Of a stretch of 64,000 nucleotides of DNA, positions 38,097 through 52,385 are shown piece by piece. Source of the stretch: Eledone cirrhosa (lineage: Eukaryota); NCBI GenBank assembly GCA_964016885.1, contig OZ024743.1:345836001-345900000 (forward strand), read 5' to 3'. A model generated the notes under the pieces. It had not been told where the DNA came from and made no database searches. It saw only the letters and a list, made by a program, of their open reading frames with translations. Numbering within the stretch: position 1 is the first letter of the stretch; every line of letters begins with the position of its first letter. The translations under genes were made by a program, and so were the position numbers.

Positions 38097-41000
38097 CTAT
38101 TAGCACAAAGTCAGCGAAGGGAAAATGAAATATGTGTCAGTGAAAACGAGGTAAATTGTAACACTTCGAATACCAGGGTTGGGGCGGAATCACTGACAAC
38201 AGAACAAATTAAAGAAAGGATCGAACACGTGGAGGGAGTGCATGCTCAAGATGAAACTCCAAATGAAAACAATGAGATCGTAAATGATAAAGAAATGAAT
38301 GAGTATGAACTTGCGAACTTGAAGGATGAAATTATGATCGAATGGATGAAAATGAAAGAATCTGACATGGGGGAACGTGATACCCTCCCTAAGATCCAGA
38401 ACTCCAAACAGAACCAAAAGATAATACACAAGACTAACATAATTCTCAAAAATATTATCATAACAAACAAACTAAACATTACTGATTTAAATCATCTCTA
38501 TTATGCACCAGCTAAAGTCACCGCTCACTTATGTGGAGTGAAGATGTAAAAACAAAGGAATTCCCACAAGAAATCTACTTGGCAACAGAACATCAATCGC
38601 CAAATAAACCTTCTCCGATCTGACATAGAAATTTTAAAAAACTATAAAGTAGGTGAACATGTTAAACAAACTAAACTTAGAAAATTGAAAAGAAAGTATA
38701 GTATAAAACCAACAAGTGACATAGGCATGCTGATAGAAATAATCAAGCAAAAAGTGTCGGCCAAAGTTGCTCGTATAAGGCGCTTTGAAAAACGATCTAG
38801 ATTCTATAAGGACAATAATATGTTCAAAACCAACCAAAGAAACTTCTACAGAAAAATTGGTAAGTCAACAATAACTGATAAATCAATACCACCCAAGGAG
38901 GAAGTGCAAGAATTCTGGGAAAAGATATGGGCCGAAGAAAAAGTTCATAATATACATGCCCCATGGATAGACAGACAAATGAAAGATACAGCTCACTTTG
39001 AGGAACAAATATGGGAAATATAACAGTTGAACAGTTGCGTTTGGCTCTAATAAAAACCAGTAAATGGAAATCCCCAGGAAAAGACAAAATACAACATTTT
39101 TGGATAAATGCCTTCACAGAGTCTCATGAGCTGTTAGCCCAACTTTACAATGAAATAGTTAAGGAACCAGAAAAGATACCATCATGGCTAGTTAACAGCA
39201 TTACATTCCTGCTTCCGAAGAATGAGAGACAAACAATCCCAAAAATTACAAACCGATAACTTGCTTGACCACAATGTATAAAATGTTAACATCAGTCCTA
39301 ACTGAATATACATATGACCACCTGATAACAAATCACCTATTTCCCATTGAGCAGAAAGGGTGTAAACGAGGCTCATATGGCTGTAAGGATCAGCTTTTGG
39401 TTAACAAAATGATACTGGAAGATTGTCATAATAGACACAAAAATCTATCAATTGCTTGGATAGATTATAAAAAAACATTCGATAGTTTGCCACACAGTTG
39501 GATTGAAAAATATTTAGAGATTTTCAAAATATCCCCCGTTGTCAGGAGGTTTTTGTCATTCAGTATGAAGACATGGAAAACGACACTCCTTTTGAATAGT
39601 GAAACACAATCACTAGAACCTGGAGAAGTTAATATTAATTGTGGAATTTTTCAGGGTGACTCTTTATCACCGCTTTTATTCTGCATCGCACTTATACCAT
39701 TAAGTAAAATGCTCAATGAAACAAAACATGGATATAAAGTCTATGACAAAACCATTAATCAATTGTTCTACATGGATGACCTGAAACTAATTGCAAAAAA
39801 TGACGAACAATTGCAAGGGCTATTATCCACTGTGGAGCAGTTCAGTGATGACATTAAAATAGAGTTTGGACTAGATAAATGCGCCAAAGCAACGTTCACC
39901 AGAGGAAAGCTGCTGAAGAGTTCAGACATTAATCTTGATCGAGGGAATGTGATAAGAGAACTTGATCAAGAGGAAACTTACAAATATCTAGGTGTTTGTG
40001 AAGGAGACGGAATCATGCAATCGACAATGAGGGAAAGGATAAGGAAGGAATCTTACCGCAGAGTAAGAGCAATCTTAAGAACGGAATTGAATGCAAGGAA
40101 TAGGAACGATACCATAAACACGCTTGCCATACCAGTAGTAACCTACAGTTACAATGTCATCAACTGGTCAAGCACAGAGATCCGTAGGCTCGATACAAAA
40201 ATTCGAAAATTCTTAACCATGCACAGAATGCATCACCCTAAGGCAGATACAGATATAATATATCTCCCTAGGAAAGAAGGAGGACGTGGGTTAATCCAAT
40301 TGGATTATCTACATATCTAAGGGAATCATATGATTGGATGATCAAGCTCGTTTTGAAACACGAAAGCATCAAAAGATCATACTCCATTACAAAAGATGCA
40401 CAAAGATACAGTAATGGACTACAAATTTCAGAAGTCCCAGTTACTGCTGAAATGGAAAACACAGAGAAAGCAAAGCAGGTAAAAGTAACTGCAAAGAAAG
40501 AACTGCTACAGAAACTAGCTAAGAAATGGCAAGAAAAGCCTCTGAATGGAAAATAACCAGAACGAGCTAACAATCCTGATGTTGCCAAAACTTTAACCCA
40601 TCAGTGGTTGGCATCCTCTGGACTGAAATCGGAGACTGAAGGACTGATTATATCAGCACAAGATCAGTGTCTGCCAACAAAAAATTTCCAAGCCAACATA
40701 ATATAAAATGGATGCAGCCCATTATGCCGTGCATGTAAAAAACAACCAGAGACCATTGACCATATAATTTCAATGTGCAGTCCTATAGCTCAAACCGAAT
40801 ACCTAAATAGGCATGACAGAGCTGCACAATACATACATTGGATAATGTGTAAGCATTTTGACCTGCCCCATCAAAAGAATTGGTGGGAGCATCAATCACC
40901 TCCCATACTTGTAAAAGATCACATCTCAATCTTGTGGAAATTTAGCATCCAAACAGACCGAAAAATAGATGCAAATAGACCTCATATAATATTGAAGGAC

Positions 41001-41453
41001 TTTAAAAAGAGGGTATGCCTGCTAATTGATATGTCCGTTCCAATAGACAAGAATGTATCTATAAAAACATTTGAAAAATTGAGCAAGTATAAGGACCTGG
41101 AGATAAAAATTGGAAAAATGTGGAAATTGAGAGCTAAAACAATACCAGTGGTTGTAGGCGCTCTAGGAATGATACCTAAGGGGTCGAATGATTACTTATC
41201 GCAAATCCCAGGAAACCCGCGTATAGGAGAAATACAAAAGATAGTACTAATGGGAACTGCCCATATACTAAGGAAGATTCTGTCAATATAAGTACATCAC
41301 AAGTCTAAACAGTAAAGATGCATGTGTGAGTATGTATGTTCTTTCTTGAACATGGCGGACCTTGTTGTCTCTTGAGGTCACTGGTTGTGACTTGGTGATA
41401 ACTCGTATGAACATAAAGCAAGATAAATGAAGCTGTAATAATAATAATAATAA
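38097..41453 (+). mobile_element. Family B R4/Dong-like LINE, 5'-truncated and degenerate
   Basis: RT ORF 39265-40320 (FYMDD), RLE 40773-41291, 3'UTR and (TAA)n. Confidence 0.93.
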
Positions 41454-41773
41454 TGATTTCTTTATTAACCACAAGGGTTTACATAAAGTAGACATTAAGA
41501 ACAGTGCAGGACAATACAGGACGGTACTAATGGGCATTTCTGCGTGTAAAAATTAAAAAAAACAGAGGATGTAACGAAAAAATAACAATGAAAAATTCCC
41601 CAATAGGGGGGAGACTTCGGAGGGACATTTGTGGAGAAAGCCCATTAAAAGGCCACAGTGACTCTGACGACCAGGGTAAGTGCCCTCTCCCAGTTTTCCA
41701 CCTTTAATTTACAGACACATACTCAGAGTAGGCCCATTCACTCGGGCCATTCTTGCTTCTCTCACCCATCTTT
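41454..41773 (-). mobile_element. Short 3' end of a Tx1/L1-like LINE
   Basis: Homologous to 45193-45550 (tgatttctttatt..ccacaaggg; aacaatgaaaaattccccaatagggggg); TAA tracts on both sides. Confidence 0.85.
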
Positions 41774-41799
41774 CAATAAAATAATAATAATAATAATAA

Positions 41800-43572
41800 A
41801 AGCCTAGAGATCTTCAAGGTGGCAGATAACATCAGACAGTTGTTGGGCAAAAGTATGAAGTCCTGGAAAACAGAGTTAACATCAGCTGGAGAATCCTTGG
41901 GAGGCGTGAAGATCAAGAGAGGTATCTTCAAGGGAGATAGTCTGTCCCCGTTGTTGTTTGTCCTTGACCTGATGCCCACTGACCATTATACTGCGAAAAG
42001 TGAGAGCAGGATACAAGTTGGGAAAGGGAGAGCTTACCATCAATCACCTCCTCTTCCTGGGCGATCTTAAGCTCTTCGGGAAGAGTGAGGAGGAGTTGGA
42101 TGTGCTTGTTGACTCTGTCCGTATTCTCAGCAATGATATATGTATGGAATTTGGTATTAGTAAGTGTGGAGTCCTTGTGATGAAGATAGGTAAATTGAGC
42201 AGAAGCAACGGAATCCATATACCAAGAGGTGAGATGATAAAGGAAATTGACACTGAAGAAGGATACAAGTATTTTGGTGTTCTAGATGCTGAACAAAAAA
42301 ATGAAGGAATTGATAAGATCAGAATACATTCGGAGAGTAAGGAGCGTATTAAAATCACATCTGAACAGTAGGAATGCCATAAGTGCAGTAAATTCCCGAG
42401 CTGAGTCTATTATTCGGTACAGTGCGGGAATCCTGAGATGGAATGTTGCTGAACAAAAAGAAATGGATAGGAAGACTAGGAAGCTATTGACTATCTACAA
42501 CATGTTCCACGAGAGGAGTGATGTCAATAGACTCTACTTAAGGAGATCTGAAGATGGAAGAGGTCTTATCAGCATAGAGGACTGTGTTCAGTATGGAGAA
42601 AAACAACCTACAAAAATACGTGACTGATAGTAAGGAGCCAATGCTTGCTCAGAATTGTACTGAAGGAGAGGACAATAGACCAGGGGATGTCCAAGGAGGA
42701 AATAACAACAAGGAGAAAGAGCAGCCTTCATGAAAAATCCCTTCATAGTACCTTCTTGGAGAAAACTGAATTCAGAGATCCACAGACATGGAACTGGTTG
42801 AAAAGAGGAGACCTTAAAAAGGCTACAGAGGCAATGATAATGGCCGCGCAAGAGCAGGCCCTCAAAACGAAGTGGTTGAAACACCATATTTACAAGGAGG
42901 AGGCTAGCCCACTGTGCAGGTTCTGTGGAAAGAGAGAGAGGAGACTGTGGCTCACATTGTATCCGAGTGTAAACACCAAGCCCAGACTCACTATAAGGGC
43001 TGGAGACATGATGTGATGGGCAGGGTGATCAACTGGCACCTATGCAAAGTAAACAATTTACCACATTCTGAGAAGTGGTATGAGCATAAACCAGAGTCGG
43101 TGATAGAAAACGATCAGGTGAAGGTGCTGTGGGATTTTAGGATACAGACGGACAAGAAACTGGAACACAATAGACCTGACCTGGTGGTTTTGGACAAGGA
43201 AAAAAGATCGTGCCAGATTGTGGATGTGGCCTGCCCATTCGACACGAGAGTGCAAGAGAAGGAGAGGGAGAAAATTAACCGATACCAGGACTTAAAGTGG
43301 GAGGTAAAAAGGATTTGGAACTGCCATGAAGTCAAAGTGGTTCCGATTGTCATAGGCGCACTAGGTACTATCTCAAAAAGTTTCCAGGCATGGTTAAAGA
43401 AAATTGGCCCCGCCCCGCTTTTTGGAACGCTTCAAAAGGCATGCTTGCTGGGAAGAGCAAGAACCCTCCGATACGTCCTGAATATCTGAGGCTGCAGGTA
43501 GTGGCTTGATATTCATTTCAACAAACTTTCCAGTTATCTAACATCAATGACTGAGACTCAAAGAACAATAAC

Positions 43573-43607
<35 letters not shown>

Positions 43608-43612
43608 TAATA
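41800..43612 (+). mobile_element. Family A R4/Dong-like LINE, 5'-truncated and frameshifted
   Basis: High identity to the C-terminal half of the 19152-22544 ORF; same 3'UTR and TAA tail. Confidence 0.93.
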
Positions 43613-43617
43613 TTAAC

Positions 43618-45192
43618 AGAGCAGGATACAAGTTGGGAAAGGGAGAGCTTACCATCAATCACCTCCTCTACATGGACGATCTTAAGCTCTTCGGGAAGAG
43701 TGAGAAGAGTTGGATGTGCTTGTTGACACTGTCCGTATTTTCAGCAATGATATATGTATGCAATTTGGTATTAGTAAGTGTGGAGTCCTTGTGATGAAGA
43801 GGGGTAAATTGAGCAGAAGCAACGGAATCCAGGTACCAACAGGTGGGATGATAAATGAAATTGACACTGAAGAAGGATACAAGTATTTGGGGGTTCTGGA
43901 GGCTGATGATATCAAGAACAAAAAAATGAAGGAATTGATAAGAACTGAATACATTCGGAGAATAAGGAGCGTGTTAAAGTCACACCTGAACAGTAGGAAT
44001 GCCATAAGTGCAGTAAATTCCCGAGCTGTGTCTATTATTAGGTACAGTGTGGGAATTCTGAGATGGAATGTTGCTGAACAAAAAGAAATGGATAGGAAGA
44101 CTAGGAAGCTATTGACTATCTACAACATGTTCCACAAGAGGAGTGATGTCGATAGTCTTTACTTAAGGAGATCTGAAGGTGGAAGAGGTCTTATCAGCAT
44201 AGAGGACTGTGTTCAGATGGGGAAAAACAACCTACACAAATACGTGACTGATAGTAAGGAGCCAATGCTCAGAACTGTACTGAAGGAGAGGACAATAGGC
44301 CAGGGGATGTCAAATGAGGAAATAACATCAAGGAGAAAGAGCAGCCTCAATGAAATATCCCTTCATTGTACCTTCTTTGAGAAAACTGAATTCAGAGATC
44401 TACATACATGGAATTGGTTGAAAAGAGGAGACCTTAAAAAGGCTACAGAAGCAATGCTAATGGCTGCGCTTGAGCAGCCCCTTAAAACGAAGTGGCTGAA
44501 ACACCATATTTACAAGGAGGAGGCTAGCCCACTATGCAGGATCTGTGGAGAGAGAGAGGAGACTGTGGCTCATATTGTATCCGAGTGTAAACACCTAGCC
44601 CAGACTCACTATAAGGGCTGGAGACATGATGTGATGGGCAGGGCGATCCCCTGGAACCTATGCAAAGTAAACAATTTACCACATTCTGAGAAGTGGTATG
44701 AGCATAAGCCAGAGTCGGTGATAGAAAACGATCAGGTGAAGGTGCTGTGGGATTTTAGGATACAGACGGACAAGAAACTGGAACACAATAGACCTGACCT
44801 GGTGGTTTTGGACAAGGAAAAAAGATCGTGCCTGATTGTGGATGTGGCCTGCCCATTCGACACGAGAGTGCAAGAGAAGGAGAGGGAGAAAATTAACCGA
44901 TACCAGGACTTAAAGTGGGAGGTAAAAAGGATTTGGAACTGCCATGAAGTCAAAGTGGTCCCGATTGTCATAGGCACTAGGTACTATCTCAAAAGGTTTC
45001 CAAGGATGGTTAAAGAAAATTGGCCCCTTCACGCTTTTTGGAACGCTTCAAAAGGCATGCTTGCTGGGAACAGCAAGAACGCTCCGATACGTCCTGAATA
45101 TCTGAGGCTGCAGGTAGTGGCTTGATATTCATTTCAACAAACTTTCCAGTTAACTAACATCAATGACTGAGACTCAAAGAATAATAATAATA
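43618..45192 (+). mobile_element. Family A R4/Dong-like LINE, 5'-truncated
   Basis: ORF 43710-45125 matches family A; 3'UTR and TAA tail. Confidence 0.93.
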
Positions 45193-48100
45193 ATGATTTC
45201 TTTATTGGCCACAAGGGCTGACATCAAGACGGCACAGGACGGCACAAGACAGCACAGGACGGTACAGGACGGTACGATGCGGGTTTTGTTCGTGTACAGA
45301 TTTTTATTATTTATATAAGAAAAGAAAAAGAAAAAGATATATAAACAATAAAAATGAAAATTGAACAATGAAAAATTCCCCAATAGGGGGGGAACTTCTG
45401 GGGGTTACTCGTGGCGAAAACCACAGAAAAAACCACGTCCACCCTGACCACCAGGACAAGCGCCCTCTCTCAATGTTTCCATTTCTCAAACTACGGGCGT
45501 ATATTCAGAGCGGTCCCGTTCACTCGGACCATTCTCGCTACATTCACCCACCTTTCAACACACTTGCTGGAAGGCAGCACTTGCCAATCAACCCTGATTT
45601 TCCTCTTCAAGTGAAACTTGAAAAAGTTTATCTCAGATTCACCGAAGAGGAAAGTATCTGTCTTTAACCCTTTCAACCTTGTCCACCACACAATCTCTTT
45701 CGCCATGGCCACCAGGCAGATGAAAACCGCCTGCCCTTCCTCCTCGAAGGAAGACGGCGAGACCATCTGCACAATGGACTCAGTTGATAACCAGATCAGT
45801 CCTACACGTGACAGCAACTGTTCGACATATCTCCACAAGTCAGCAATGCTCGGACACTGAACGAGTGCGTGCACGACGGTTTCGTCGCTCTGCGCGCATC
45901 TCGGATAGGCTCGGCTGACGGCACTTCCGTGCCTGTAGAGCTTATCTTGAACCGGCAACGCTCCCCGGTAGCACTGCCAGGCCAGGGATTTTTGGAAGTT
46001 ATCCATAGGCCCTGGGCTGAAAGTTCTCTGGAAGAGAACAAACAGCTGATTTTCTTCGACGCCCAGGATCTCTCCGAGAACGTCGTCGCTCTTCCCCTCC
46101 ACTTGTCCTCTATAGAACGCCGAGGTGGATGTTCCACCGATACTGGTGCCCAGACATTCCAGTTTCCAAGCGCTATCCCTCGGTCTTTTCTTGACCCAGG
46201 ACTGCAGTTCCGTCAAGGAGATGAGCTGTGGGAAAACGTGCCTGGTGAACGGCGACCACACCTGTTCACCGCCAAGGAAGCACGAGAGATGTCGCAGCCT
46301 CAGCGCATGTTTGCGCATCATCAGCCATGGCATGCCCAGTCCTCCACGCAACGGGTGTTGACAGCAGATGGATCGTCTGACCATGGGAGCGCGTCCCTTC
46401 CACAAAAAGCGGAAGAGGAGGCGCTTCATTTTGGTGAGAGTTGGGCCGGGGCAAGGGACGACGCTGAGGCGGTAGCAGATGACGGATGCGATGAACGTAT
46501 TCTCCACCTCCGCCCGGCCTTTCAGGGACAGCTTCCTCTCGGCCGATTTCTGGGTGAGGGAGGCCACCTTGCTCGTCACCTCGCTCCAGCTTTTCTCCAT
46601 CTGGAGGTCCGGTCCGAACCAAACCCCGAGCAATTTAACCGATCCATCGGTCCAACGCCCCACGACGCTGTCGCACGGCATGGACTTGCCTCTCCAGGTG
46701 CCGAGCTGCAAGCCCACCGACTTTTCCTGGTTTATCTTTGCTCTTGTAGTCGCTTCGTATTCCTAGGGAGCGGTGCCGAGTATCTGGACGTGTCTGATGC
46801 TCGACACCACCTGCATCCTAGTTCGCGAGGCACGCCCCTCATCGCCCTCAGTTTGTGCAGTAACGGATCGAGAGCCAATACGTACAAGAGGGACGTGAGG
46901 GGACAACCCTGGCAGATCGAGCGCACGATACTCAACGGCTGTGACAGATGACCGTTCACCCTCACAACTGAGCAGATGTCGCTGTACATCGCCACGATCC
47001 AACCCTGAATACGGGCCCGAAACCGGCTGCCTCGAGGACCGCCGCCAGATACCGCTGGTCGAACCTATCGAATGCTTTGGATTGATCCAAGTTGATCAGG
47101 GCCCCACCCGTGCCAGGTTCCTTAACCAACCTCTCTATAATGTATCGCATGAGGTGGAGGTGGTCGTGTATGGATCTGTCCGGAATGGCGCATATCTGCG
47201 CCTCTTCCACCAGCCCCTTGACCTCAAGCGCTAATCTCGTTGCTAATACCTTGACCAAAATATTGAACTCTGCGTTTAGCAGTTTATGGGCCTGAAGTTA
47301 TCGATAACATCGCCCTTGTTCGGGTCTTTTCTCAGCAGCGCCACTGCTCCTCGGCTCACAAAACTGGGAATGCTCCCGTTCTGCTGCCAGTTGCAGTAGA
47401 CGTCTACCAAGAGGTCACCGAACAAGTCTCGCATAAATCCATAGAGCTCGTAGGGCAGACCATCCAAACCTGGCGATTTACTCTAGTGCAGTTAGCCATC
47501 GCTTCCCGTTTTTCACCGGCTGTTATTGGCATTTCCATACCCCGATCCGGCCCGAAACTGCTCCCGAACAGTTCAGCAAAGTGCTGGTGAAAAGCTTCAC
47601 ACATCTGCTCGGGTTCGAGCAAGACGCGCCCGTTTTGGTCAGATAAAGACCTAATTGCGGCTTTGTTGCCACGTCGCGCCTCTGCCACCCGGGCCCATTG
47701 GACGGCTTTTGTCCCCTCGTGTTTCAGAGCACGCGCTCTAGCTCTGACAACGCAGCCTTCGTGTTTTGAGTTAAAGAGTTGGTCGAGTGCCAATCTCGCC
47801 GCAAGCACGTCGGTTGCGATGCCTGTCCTAAACGCCTCTTCTAGCTTTCTGACTAGCTCTCTCTCTACTTATTTTCCTCTATCACTACTCCTTTGCTAAA
47901 CCTAATCGACTCTACTTTAATTGCTCTTTTCAGGGCGAACCACCACCTGTTGTTGAAGACCGCCTCCGTCCACGCCAATTAACTAATACGCTAATCCGGT
48001 TTCTGTAGGCTTTGCGCGCCGGAAAAGACGCGTTCACCTTCCAGTAACCGTGTCCTTGTCTTTGAAGTCTATGTCGATCTCACAGATCACAAATTTGTGG

Positions 48101-50870
48101 TCTGTGTAGTCGACTATTTTAAATTGTGGACAACTTACACTAGCCTTATTTAGTTCCCTGCAGAATACCCTATCGAGATACGATGTGGATGACCCGATGA
48201 GGTTTGTCCATGTCCACATTGGCACATTCGGGGGATCCAGTCGATACCTGTCAGACAGTTCAAAACGTCTGAGCAGGTTGGTGAGGCTCTTGCACCATCC
48301 TCCCCTATCCACTAGCCCCACACAATCCCAGATTGCATCCAAGATACCGTTCCAGTCGCCCACTAACACTAAAGAGCGGGACGTTCCAAGAAAGGTCTCT
48401 AGACGTCTAAAGAAATCTGGCCATCCTGTCCCAGTCGGGGCATAGACGGCTACTAGCCTGAAAGCGTTGCCTTCGATGCCGGTCACGTCCAGCACCACTG
48501 ACTTACCTTCTGGGTCTAGGAAGATGGCCCGTATCCAAGCCTCCCCGAAAAAGCACGGCAACCCCTCTCCCGATCCTGGACGGCTGGGAGATGCGTATAC
48601 ATCGTAGCCGCCGAAGATCGGTGCGAAGGCTCGTGCTTCGGGGATTCTGGTCTCGCTGATGGCCACCACATCTATGTTTAGTGTCCTGAGGTCGTTGACC
48701 AGCTGACCCTGCTTCCAAGATGCACCAGGCCACCTGCATTTATACTGCATATTCTGAGTACGGCCATGTTGGATGAGAAACGGCCAAGTGATCGTGTGGT
48801 GAAGGGACAGTAGAACCGTTCCTTTGGCTGGTCATGTGTGTTTCCAAGAGGATGTCAGTGTATATCCTCTTGGTAACCAACCTTCTGAAGTCTCCAACTG
48901 CGATGGGGAATTTTGTTTTAAAAGTGTGTACTGTTCTCTTGAGATTTCAATGATGCTTATGTTTGTCGGGAGCGTTCTTGGTGTTGGTGGGGTGTAGTAG
49001 TTTTTTTTTCTGTGATGTCTGTGTGCTGCTTTATATATTGTATGAGTTCTTTTTTTGCCATGTTTATGGCTCTGTACATTTTGGGAGGAGGGGTGATTTT
49101 GTTGCTGTTTGGTGTGTGTGTTTTGTTATGTTCGCGCTGTTGGTGTTTTTGGTGATGCTGGTGTGGTGTGGTTGTTGTTTGCGGTTGTGTTTGTGGTGGT
49201 GATGGTGATGGTGGTGGTATTGCTGCAAGTTTCCTTACTGCCTTTACCCCTCTTTGTGTGCCCTTGCTTTTGGAGGGAGAAACTAAGGCGTTTTTTTCTT
49301 TTTTGTCTTTTTGAGGCAGACCGTTTGCCACTTCACTCCAGCCTCAAACTCCATGTCGGATTCCGTGGCATCTGGGAGGGGTATGTGCTCCACGAATATT
49401 GGTGGTGGTAGTGGATCCCTCTCCGGCAATTTTGTTGCTTGTTCAGCTACTGCAAATGTAGCTACTGGTGTTGCCGCCACTGTTGCTGTGGCTTTGGTTG
49501 TCCGTCGCCTTGGTACGGATGCCAAGGACTCTGCCCTCCTACTCACCGTGGTACAGGCTTCTACGTTTGTTGCCTGCCGTGCTCTTGGTAGCAGCGGACA
49601 AGGTATTGGAAGGAGAGGGGGCATTCTTCTTCGCTGTCTTCTGCGGGCAAAAGTCCCTGAGGTGACCTTTCGACCCACAGAGATAACATTTTGGCCGTCT
49701 TCCTTCTACTCTTATAGGGAGTTGGAGTCCTTCCTCGACGTCTATGATATCTAGGATAGCGTCGATACATTCCTGGTCAGTTTGTATAAGCATTTGCATG
49801 CCTATACCTGACCAGTTCTCTCTCCCTATGTTCTCTACTTGCAACATGGTCGTCCTGTCCTCGATTTCAGCAAGTACAGACGCGGCCTGCCAAGATATAG
49901 GCACGCCGGGTGGGACCTGGGTTACTTTGACCCTCACAATGTCTGCCCGCAGTAGGAGGGCACCACTCTTAGGGTTTCCACAGAGTGAGACTTCGCTTCT
50001 TGGGGCGTGGCAAAAAGTACGTCTACTGTGGCGTATTTTCTGCCTCGGGTGATGTGGGTTTTGCGTGCCCAGACGCACCGCAAGGCCTTTTGGATTTTAG
50101 CCTCCGTTGCTCTCTCCACCCGATGTGAGATTTTGCTTACGGTGCGGTAAGTCACCGTCCGTAGCTGCAGGTCCTTGAAAAAATCGGGTGGAGGTTTCAG
50201 GGAGACTCTATTGGCGCTTCTTGTCACCATGGTTCTTGCGACTGCCATCTCCTCCTCTGTGACTAACACTGTTTGGATATTTCGAGCGACACCTGCAAAA
50301 TAAGTTGTCCCTTTTTCAGCAGCACCACTATTGCTGCCGCTTTTAGTCTTACTGGTGGTGCTGAGATCGCTGTTACAGGTATCGATGTCATTGTTGATGT
50401 TTTCGTTGGTACTGTTGTTGGAGTTGTTGTTGTTATTTACGTTGATACAGTTGCTGTTATTACTGTTATTGTGGCTGTTGTTATTATTGTTGTTTTTGTT
50501 GATACTGTTCCTAAAAATTATTGTGTTGTGGCTGTTGTTATTGTCATTGTTATTGTCGTTCTCGACCTTACTACTGTTATTTTTGTTATTGTCGTTCTCG
50601 ACTTTACCGCTGTTATTTTTGTTGTTGCTGTTGTTATTGATGGTGGATAGTAGTATACTTCTCCCTTTCTATATATTTTTTTCAATTGTATTTTAAAAAA
50701 AACTTCCTTACCTATCAACTTCTGTGTTGTGACTTGTTAAATGAATGAGAGGAGGGAACAAAAAGAAAGAAGGTTATCGCTCGAAAACTGTCAGATACAA
50801 CTATCCCTGACCTAAGTATCTGCTTGATATTGGGTAGCCAAAACATATAAAACTAAATCAAAGCAATATG
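45193..50870 (-). mobile_element. Tx1/L1-like LINE, near full length but degenerate (ORF1 zinc knuckle; ORF2 APE + RT)
   Basis: ORF1 CYLCGSKGHLRDFC; APE DVVAISET, GDWNG, SYLDRV, TDH (48034-48750); RT LDQSKAFDR, QGCPL; C-terminal C..SDETVVHALVQC; AATAAA followed by (TTA)n tail. Confidence 0.9.
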
Positions 50871-52253
50871 TGATAATAATAATAATATAATAATAAGAAG
50901 AAAGTTAACAATATAATTTTTAAAATGAAATCAATAAAATAATTTAGAAATATATTAATTGAACAGCGACACGCTATTTTGACTTACTCTTTATTTCATT
51001 TACTTCTGTACACCTTTTTTTTCCTCTTAATCACCTCTCTTTATTTTTATTTCATTATTCCATATGTAATTCTGAATCGGTCTCTAGCAAATTGCCTCTT
51101 CCTGCTTTTTTTTTTTCTTGCAGAATTTATACAGTACATTTGTGTATTTCCAATATATCTTTATCTATATATTTATAATATTTATATATACCTTAATTTT
51201 CCATTATCTCCCTTACCTCTGTCTCGCTCCCTGCCTTTTAATATTTCTATTTTGTCATCCTTTACTATGGACATATACTTAACCCGAGTTATAATTATGT
51301 ATATGTCTACTATATATAGTTCAAAGTTCAAGAAGACCAAGGATCATTATTATTATTTATATATACACCGCTACGGACCTTTCAATGCTGCTAAAATATC
51401 CCATCCATTTGTGGAAAAAAAACGGGTATTATCAGTAAGATATATACTCCATTATGGTTGCTCTACACAAACCATATCTCTTCAGGAAAAATATATATAT
51501 TAAACAATACGAGTAAATTGATTAATACCAAGAATAATAGAGTATACAAAGCAATGTGCATTAAATAAATAACAGAATTATGAATTTAAAAGTCAGTTTG
51601 TTTTCAGACATGCAAAAAATAAAGGTGTATCAGCATTTTTCCACAAGTATGTTAAGATATTTTAAATCTGTTAATTTGTTATAGCAGGGGTTGTTAATTT
51701 TTTTTTTATTTTACGATATGTGGTAGTGCGTTCCCTTATTTATCATTGAAAGATGTGAAAAGGTTTAAAAGATTTTTAGAAATATATAGCTATATATATT
51801 CTTCGAAGCATATGTACTCAGTTAACTATAATTTTTCTAATCAGGTTCTAAAAAAAAATGTATGTTATATGGTTGGTGCATTTCAAATATGTTTATCCAC
51901 GGTTAATTTGAAAAATAATTTTTTTTACCGGTGTTAGTTTATTTACAGTTCATTATCTAAATATCTTACAATGTTTAACACGTATGTTCACACACACCAA
52001 TATATTGGTTTATATTTATTAAAGTCAAAGTAACCTCTCTGTAGAGTTAGGTGTATGAATCACGTATATGGATATGTTTATATTCTCTTATTCATTTTTT
52101 TCTTCGCAAATGGATGAGATACTACAGCAGTATTAAAACGTCCGTAGCGACGTATAAATGAATCTAAACTATAATAAAGGAAGGTCTGCGGAACTGTGTA
52201 CAGTTTATTTATTTTTATCCAGTTAGTAAAATAAGTTGGATTACGTTGAATAA

Positions 52254-52385
52254 ATAATTGTTTCTACTTTAGACACAAGGCCAGCAATTACCAGTTCATT
52301 ACTGGTACTTTATTTTATCGACCCCGTAAGGATGAAAAGCAAAGTCAACCTCGGCGGGATTTGAACTCAGATCGTAAAGGGACGT
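52254..52385 (-). mobile_element. 5'-truncated SINE with 16-bp TSD
   Basis: ACGTTGAATAAATAAT at 52243 and 52382. Confidence 0.9.

Noticed and set aside
45869-46951. 360-aa plus-strand ORF
   Set aside because: Antisense shadow of the GC-rich Tx1 ORF2; no recognisable motifs
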